Below are positions 58,738-64,000 of a DNA stretch of 64,000 nucleotides, piece after piece. The position numbers and the translations under genes are program-made. Origin of the DNA: Clostridium sp. (GTDB lineage: Bacteria; Bacillota; Clostridia; Clostridiales; Clostridiaceae); contig NZ_JBOGCC010000278.1 in NCBI RefSeq assembly GCF_051656525.1, forward strand, positions 22,112 through 86,111. The letters are read 5' to 3'. Under the pieces are notes generated by a model. The model was not told where the DNA came from. It made no database searches and saw nothing but the letters and a program-made list of their open reading frames with translations. Within the stretch, counting starts at the first letter, position 1. Each line of letters starts with the position of its first letter.

Positions 58738-59245
58738 GGCGAACTCCCGCGTGTTTAGCGCTATACATAGAGTACATTTTAAAGATGGCAGTAACTAACC
58801 GAGCGGGATCAACTTGCTGATCTTCCTCGATTTTGTACTCTTGGTAAGCAGCGACTCGTGTTATGCACATGAATTCACTATGGTTACGCTCAGCAATTTC
58901 GGTCTCTTCAAGACTGATCTGCATTGCGAAGAATTCATCACTCATCGCCATCAAACATGAAAGTATGCTACACATTAATCTTGCTGCAACAATCGCTGCA
59001 ACGATTCCGGCGTTCTCTGTTAACTCTTCGCCGTTACGTGAGATGTTATCAATGATGTATTTTACTGCAGCCGAATTGTTTTCAATTTCCTCTAAGGAAA
59101 CGTAATGCAATCCAGCACGAATCAGTGTATTCACATCTTCGATAACAAACTCAATAAGATCAACGTTACTTTCACCCAAGCCATTGATAGATGCTAGATC
59201 GTCAATTAGCTCACCATATCCTTCGATAACATGAACACCGATCAT
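58706..59245 (-). CDS. Acidic hypothetical protein (array member)
   Basis: GAGGA SD; ATGA overlap. Confidence 0.75.
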   Translation of the reverse strand: MIGVHVIEGYGELIDDLASINGLGESNVDLIEFVIEDVNTLIRAGLHYVSLEEIENNSAAVKYIIDNISRNGEELTENAGIVAAIVAARLMCSILSCLMAMSDEFFAMQISLEETEIAERNHSEFMCITRVAAYQEYKIEEDQQVDPARLVTAIFKMYSMYSAKHAGVRREIQGILRAH

Positions 59246-59679
59246 TTTGCCATCCTCATATCAACAACAATACAATAGCGAGAATATTCTGCTTCTCTTA
59301 TCTGGATATCTGTGAAATCGTAATCTCTCAGAACATCTTCCAGATATGTGTACAACCGAACATATCCAGATGTCGTAATAATTCGCTCCATGATTACACG
59401 ACATGCTGAGATTGCATCGATGATGTCACGTGGTCGATCGTTTTGATCTTCTTCCATTTTCTCGCTAACGGTTTCATTGATCTCACCAATTACTGATGTT
59501 ACCAAATCCAAGCTGAATGGTGCACGTGAGTTAATATCTTCTATGGCTTGCATTACTGACCATACCCACAGATCTGCGAAGTCGATACACGATGGCCGTT
59601 TACTGGCATTGCGTGATATCTCGTCAATCAACGAGTCAACTTCGTCGCGTTCCATGTAGATGCGCAATTCTTTATTCAT
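59242..59679 (-). CDS. Acidic hypothetical protein (array member)
   Basis: AAGG SD; ATGA overlap. Confidence 0.75.
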   Translation of the reverse strand: MNKELRIYMERDEVDSLIDEISRNASKRPSCIDFADLWVWSVMQAIEDINSRAPFSLDLVTSVIGEINETVSEKMEEDQNDRPRDIIDAISACRVIMERIITTSGYVRLYTYLEDVLRDYDFTDIQIREAEYSRYCIVVDMRMAK

Positions 59680-60038
59680 TTTACATACCTTATTAGCCCA
59701 GATAGTTCCGCACAGAACATATCTGCACCTTCTTTAAAATCAACTATATCCAAATCGCCGCAGATTACGTTTTTGCCTACGCCAGATAGCACTAGCTTTC
59801 GAGTAACTCGATGTATGTCCATATATACATCACGCAAGCCAGGGATATCTCGTGTATCTGTTTCCATCTGGAACTTAGCGTATTCTGACGGGGTGACATT
59901 TAGCCAGAACTCAATCACGTCTCTCATCAGTAGATAGTGATCTGGAATTGAAATCCCATGTATGACGGATAATGAGTTGAGTGTCTCGTGACAATCCTCT
60001 CGAGATAACTGCACGTTTAGTGGTATCGCGTTTTTCAT
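59676..60038 (-). CDS. Hypothetical protein (array member)
   Basis: Probable start MKNAIP; overlaps the upstream ORF by about 128 nt. Confidence 0.6.
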   Translation of the reverse strand: MKNAIPLNVQLSREDCHETLNSLSVIHGISIPDHYLLMRDVIEFWLNVTPSEYAKFQMETDTRDIPGLRDVYMDIHRVTRKLVLSGVGKNVICGDLDIVDFKEGADMFCAELSGLIRYVK

Positions 60039-60762
60039 CTTTCGGCTTTCCACGATGTGTTGCTTTAAGACGTTTAATTTCGGCGATAGTCTGTTCGTCC
60101 ATCTTGGAGTATTCGAATTTCTCTTTAAGGATGAATGAATCTAAGATATCGCGTTCCGTAAGAAGGAATACACGCTCACCTGATTTATCGTAGCGATTCG
60201 CGTAATTGGTCACTTCTACATCATCAATGTACGTATCGCAATTGTTCTTATAAACATCCTCGTCCATTTCCGGGGTGATTGTATCCGAAACAAAGAACGG
60301 GTCGTTAACGATTAGAGGTTCTTCCTTCTTAAACTCACGTGCTTCCACACGACCAACACCAAACATTCGAGTATATGCAATGATGCGATAATCGCCAGAA
60401 GATACCATCGATAGTACGCTACCTACTGTTAGATATTGTACGGCATCCCAGCGTTCATGATAACGTGCAAGGATTGATTTACATTCTTCGTAAATGATTT
60501 TACACCATTCCAGCGATGGGCGTGTGCCGATACGCTGCATAATTGGCGGTGTAATTGTCATATCGTCCAAACCATCGATAGCTTCCAGGAAGTAATCAAT
60601 ATCACGAACATTTGGAATCGATAGAAAATAATCTTTGAACGCGAAGTCCATGAAGTACACAAGGCCATTGGTAACATAGCCATAGTGGCAGAATAAATCT
60701 CCGTACTCGTGACTGATTCGTTCAGCTTCTGCATTAAGATATACTCGCGAGACATCAAGCAT
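59911..60762 (-). CDS. Hypothetical protein
   Basis: Start moved to MLDVSR, overlapping the upstream stop. Confidence 0.7.
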   Translation of the reverse strand: MLDVSRVYLNAEAERISHEYGDLFCHYGYVTNGLVYFMDFAFKDYFLSIPNVRDIDYFLEAIDGLDDMTITPPIMQRIGTRPSLEWCKIIYEECKSILARYHERWDAVQYLTVGSVLSMVSSGDYRIIAYTRMFGVGRVEAREFKKEEPLIVNDPFFVSDTITPEMDEDVYKNNCDTYIDDVEVTNYANRYDKSGERVFLLTERDILDSFILKEKFEYSKMDEQTIAEIKRLKATHRGKPKDEKRDTTKRAVISRGLSRDTQLIIRHTWDFNSRSLSTDERRD

Positions 60763-61057
60763 TTTCAATATTCCCATATATTCTAAAAGTATTTTTACCG
60801 GCCTGTACAACATTAACTATTTCGATACACGGCTCGAGTACAAATGTGTTGTATATTGACTTAATGATCCGATCTCTAATATATCCACTTCTACGATCCC
60901 ACTGGTCATTACAGAGTTCTATGTTGTGCGCCCAGGAACATTCTGAAGAGAATACATATCCGATTGCATTTAAGCCACACACGACGTCATCTACATCGCA
61001 TATAACATCATGCAGATCCTCTAGTCTAAACTGATAGACGTATCTACGTCGTGTCAT
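60755..61057 (-). CDS. Hypothetical protein (first gene of the array)
   Basis: GAGG SD; follows the promoter motif. Confidence 0.75.
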   Translation of the reverse strand: MTRRRYVYQFRLEDLHDVICDVDDVVCGLNAIGYVFSSECSWAHNIELCNDQWDRRSGYIRDRIIKSIYNTFVLEPCIEIVNVVQAGKNTFRIYGNIENA

Positions 61058-61084
61058 AATGTTTTCCTCACAATGCTCACAACT

Positions 61085-61094
61085 ATAATATATG
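61085..61094 (-). promoter_or_regulatory. Putative early promoter CATATATTAT heading the acidic array
   Basis: Exact motif copy. Confidence 0.65.
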
Positions 61095-61167
61095 TCTATA
61101 GTTGCTTACAAAGCAATACATATCCAGTCGTTTTTTAAAACTTCGTATGAATCCAACAGGAGGACAT

Positions 61168-61998
61168 ATGGATCTTTTCAATAATGCAGTACAATTTGTA
61201 CTCAATAACGACATCCCAAAACGCATCTTAGAAGATGCATTTCTGCCAGATAAACACTCAAATCAGCGTAATCGTTCGCTCACAGATTGCATTATTGAGC
61301 GAGTTATTCGCAATAAAGTGATGCCAGATTTGAGCAGAATCGGTGGTACTTTGATCGATATTCCACTGTATGAATGTCCATTCTCATACGACGATACACT
61401 CAATTATCGCTACCATCGCATCTATGAAATCGATGCAAAATACACCCAAAATCGTCCAATTTATTCAGTGCTCAGAGCCTACAATAACGGCGTAATTTCA
61501 GCTACTGCAGGCATGACTCCATTCAATGCTGGGTACTCAACTTATCAGACTTCTACCGTCGATGAGATGATGTCAAAGCAAATTATGTCAAGAGATCGGA
61601 TGGTCAAGTTCTCCGATGCCGATATAGAGGTCGTAGGGCCATTCTCGCTGCGTGTAACCAACACAATAATGCTAGCCTACAACTTAACCTTAGAATGCCG
61701 TATAGGCTATTCTAGCGAGTTTCACGAGCTAATGCCTCCATACCACCATGAATTCAATTTATTGGTGGATTTAGCAGTTAAGTCATATATCTACCGCGAA
61801 CTCCGTTTAGACATCGATATGTTTAAACTTGACGGTGGACGTGAACTCGGCGTTTACAAAGATTACGTAGACAGCTATTCCAATGCTTCCAGCGATTACC
61901 AGGAACAGATTAGCAAGCGCTGGCGTAAGCTTCTGATTCTGGGTGATGCTCGTCGTGCTAAGAAAGCTGACTGGAACGCTGGCATGGTAACTGTTTAA
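61168..61998 (+). CDS. Virion structural protein, possible neck/head-tail connector
   Basis: Start moved to MDLFNN (AGGAGG SD); C-terminal LAVKSYIY...G...Y..A...Y.E...W resembles neck proteins. Confidence 0.55.
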   Translation: MDLFNNAVQFVLNNDIPKRILEDAFLPDKHSNQRNRSLTDCIIERVIRNKVMPDLSRIGGTLIDIPLYECPFSYDDTLNYRYHRIYEIDAKYTQNRPIYSVLRAYNNGVISATAGMTPFNAGYSTYQTSTVDEMMSKQIMSRDRMVKFSDADIEVVGPFSLRVTNTIMLAYNLTLECRIGYSSEFHELMPPYHHEFNLLVDLAVKSYIYRELRLDIDMFKLDGGRELGVYKDYVDSYSNASSDYQEQISKRWRKLLILGDARRAKKADWNAGMVTV

Positions 61999-62020
61999 AG
62001 ACAAATAAAAATTAGGAACC

Positions 62021-62044
62021 GCTCTGGGGCTTTCGCCCCAGAGC
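62021..62044. terminator. Strong hairpin/terminator
   Basis: gctctggggc-tttc-gccccagagc, 10-bp perfect stem (GAAA loop on minus strand). Confidence 0.8.
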
Positions 62045-62566
62045 TTTCCATTATACGCCGAATGATCTAACATCGGCAAGCGATATCTAAACCGCTTTAT
62101 GGGATCGTCGCATTTTATGCAATCTGCGTTACGACGATCGTCCCACCATACCAGCCCAGGCTGTACTCGCATTGCTTTCCAGGTTGCTCTAGCACGGTAG
62201 CTTGGCGCCGGCTGTTGTTATTTCGGACTCTCGTTGGGCTGTGTCTACGCTACTCAATTCGGTATCTGTCATAGCTATGGGGAGGCGCTCTGACTAAATC
62301 CATTATGACGCGTTCAGGGATAACAAGAATAACAACAACCAGCATTAGGTCGCCAACCACGCCAATAGTCATCCGGTCAGAGACTTCTATGGAGTGGCAT
62401 GGTCGGCAGATAAGCACGCCTTTCAACATCCGTATTGAGAGGCGTAAGGGGAATTGCGCTCGGAATGATCTCACAACCGATTCAGTTACAATGAGTGTGC
62501 GCTGATTGTTATTGAATTGGTTCGGTTGTGTGTTCGTGCACATGAACTATAACCCAGTTATTTTTT
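62045..62566. ncRNA. Possible structured non-coding RNA (~520 nt, strand unresolved)
   Basis: No convincing ORF; many hairpins and long-range or crossing pairings found by eye. Confidence 0.35.
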
Positions 62567-63003
62567 ACATGGTTTTAAGTTTACGTATAAATGTAACTCG
62601 TCGGCTCGGCTCGCTGGCCGGCGCGACGCTTATGTAAATACTCAAAAGCTTACTGTTGAATTCTAGTGAATATATACCATGTAATTTATTCCTGGTATTT
62701 AACTATTCTCACTTGAAACATATTCCATGTTAAAAATTATATATTAGGAATTCCCCAAGAATTCCGTCTAAACTAACCTAAATAATCTGGTTTTCCTGAG
62801 ATAAACTCAGGGAAAACCTTAAATCCTGTAAAAAATTACATGTATATTATATTTATATGTAGAAAATTAAGGTGTTGGGGGAGGGGGGGTCGAAAGAGAA
62901 AGATTTATATAACTATATCTTTTATTCGACTTTTTTTTAACAGGGTTCAAAAACGGCAAAAAAAAATGAAATTCCCCGGTTAGGGGGAACTTCAAGAAAT
63001 TTG

Positions 63004-63456
63004 TTAGTTCAGAGTCCAATGTTTTATGACTTCTGAGTCACCAACGTCGTACTTGTAGATAACACGTTGCTCTGAAAATGACCAGATAAAATTCTTAGCG
63101 TTGCACGGAACACCCAATGGTTCCATGTGCGCATCCGCTAAGTTGACAACGTATTGCTTCCCTGCCGGGCAGGCTTCACTAACGCCTGTGGATATGAATA
63201 CCACGCCGGCGCTGGCCGACTCCACCAAGACTTGATCGCTTAGAACGATGGCCTGTGAGTCTTTGACTTCCTTGGGCAACTCTCCACATCCGTAACAGAC
63301 CAAGCCTCGTTCAGCCTGAGTTAACGCATAGTGCGTGTTCAGGTAAACCAAGTTTGGATCATCAGCAACTGCGGTAGATGCGATTGCTGGAGTTACGTTC
63401 ATTGCTGCTGCCAGTACCAGTGCTGCTAAAGCCATTTTAATTCCCCTTAAATCCAA
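63004..63456 (-). CDS. Secreted/periplasmic hypothetical protein with a signal peptide
   Basis: KMALAALVLAAAMNVTPAIA signal-like N-terminus; Cys pairs. Confidence 0.75.
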   Translation of the reverse strand: MDLRGIKMALAALVLAAAMNVTPAIASTAVADDPNLVYLNTHYALTQAERGLVCYGCGELPKEVKDSQAIVLSDQVLVESASAGVVFISTGVSEACPAGKQYVVNLADAHMEPLGVPCNAKNFIWSFSEQRVIYKYDVGDSEVIKHWTLN

Positions 63457-63474
63457 GATAAGTTTTTGAAGATG

Positions 63475-63801
63475 TTAGTGAATCGTGATATTTGAAACTT
63501 TGCGGTTTCCTTCCGCATCTGTGTAATAATATCCGATGTCTGTGATTTCTCGTTTAGCACCGAGAATTGAGTTCATCTCGTTGATGAACTTCAGCTTATG
63601 GATTGAATCGATTCGGTAAGTCGATTCCATTTTCAGGATTCGCTGACCATTAGGTGTTTGCATTACTGCCACCAAGTCGCCGTTACGCAACCCAGAGCAG
63701 TTCAAGTTTAAGACTTGATTACCGCGGTAGTCAGTCAATGTGATTCCGTCAAGCGATTCGTTGACTTCGCTTGAGCTTAAGTATCTATGGTTTAGTACCA
63801 T
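63475..63801 (-). CDS. Hypothetical protein (108 aa)
   Basis: GAGG SD. Confidence 0.7.
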   Translation of the reverse strand: MVLNHRYLSSSEVNESLDGITLTDYRGNQVLNLNCSGLRNGDLVAVMQTPNGQRILKMESTYRIDSIHKLKFINEMNSILGAKREITDIGYYYTDAEGNRKVSNITIH

Positions 63802-63982
63802 GACATTTGCCTCGCTTGTTTGAAATTGAAATTACTCGCGGTGAGGTGAAGTTACTCACTCGGTCGCCGGGTACGAATTGTGTGAAGCTTACTTCGCATG
63901 ATTTGCCCACGAATCCATTCGATGGTTCTTTGGTATCACGTAACCATTTGGGAATGGCCATCGCTTTCACATGATACATCAC
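63785..63982 (-). CDS. Small hypothetical protein (may start outside the window)
   Basis: Overlaps the next gene; at the window edge. Confidence 0.45.
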   Translation of the reverse strand: MMYHVKAMAIPKWLRDTKEPSNGFVGKSCEVSFTQFVPGDRVSNFTSPRVISISNKRGKCHGTKP

Positions 63983-64000
63983 ACCATCCCTTACGGTAGC

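Noticed and set aside
62250-62543. 97-aa minus-strand ORF (and 61807..62172)
   Set aside because: No SD, no protein-like motif, and the second overlaps a real gene antisense. Coding cannot be fully excluded.
62045-62566. tmRNA, tRNA, RNase P or group I intron identity for the structured region (UCCCACCA near 62141-62148; GACUA/UAGUC pairing on the minus strand)
   Set aside because: There is no T-arm or full acceptor stem, no tag frame ending in ALAA, no RNase P signature, no room for P4-P6, and no interrupted host gene.

Overview
This window is from a nucleus-forming phiKZ-like jumbo phage (Chimalliviridae). A GroEL-like chaperonin at the left edge, missing from the ORF track, points to the EL/OBP-like branch. 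Most genes are on the minus strand. Reading right to left (high to low coordinates) the window holds: small hypothetical genes; about 1 kb of non-coding DNA, half of it strongly self-complementary; an array of small acidic genes; a RyR-domain gene; the family B DNA polymerase catalytic subunit; thymidine kinase; and the phage-nucleus core block (chimallin, nvRNAP beta'-N, SbcD, ChmC, sigma-like subunit, PicA, nvRNAP beta-C and beta'-C, SF2 helicase). Further left are a vRNAP beta' fragment, three tandem TetR-like genes, a CYTH-like gene, the separate polymerase exonuclease subunit, a long virion head/baseplate block and groEL. The most notable observations are: (1) a candidate -1 programmed frameshift (T8 slippery run plus downstream hairpin, 31770-31812) that would fuse the 525-aa ORF to the downstream 104-aa ORF, G/GT chaperone style; (2) long Arg/Asp/Glu mixed-charge domains on chimallin and on the gene next to picA, suggesting a condensate-type organisation of the nucleus; (3) the TetR triplet; (4) a possible ~500-nt structured ncRNA; (5) a RyR-domain anti-defence candidate. 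phiKZ gp numbers and Chm/Pic names come from motifs, size and remembered synteny. No database search or folding program was run.
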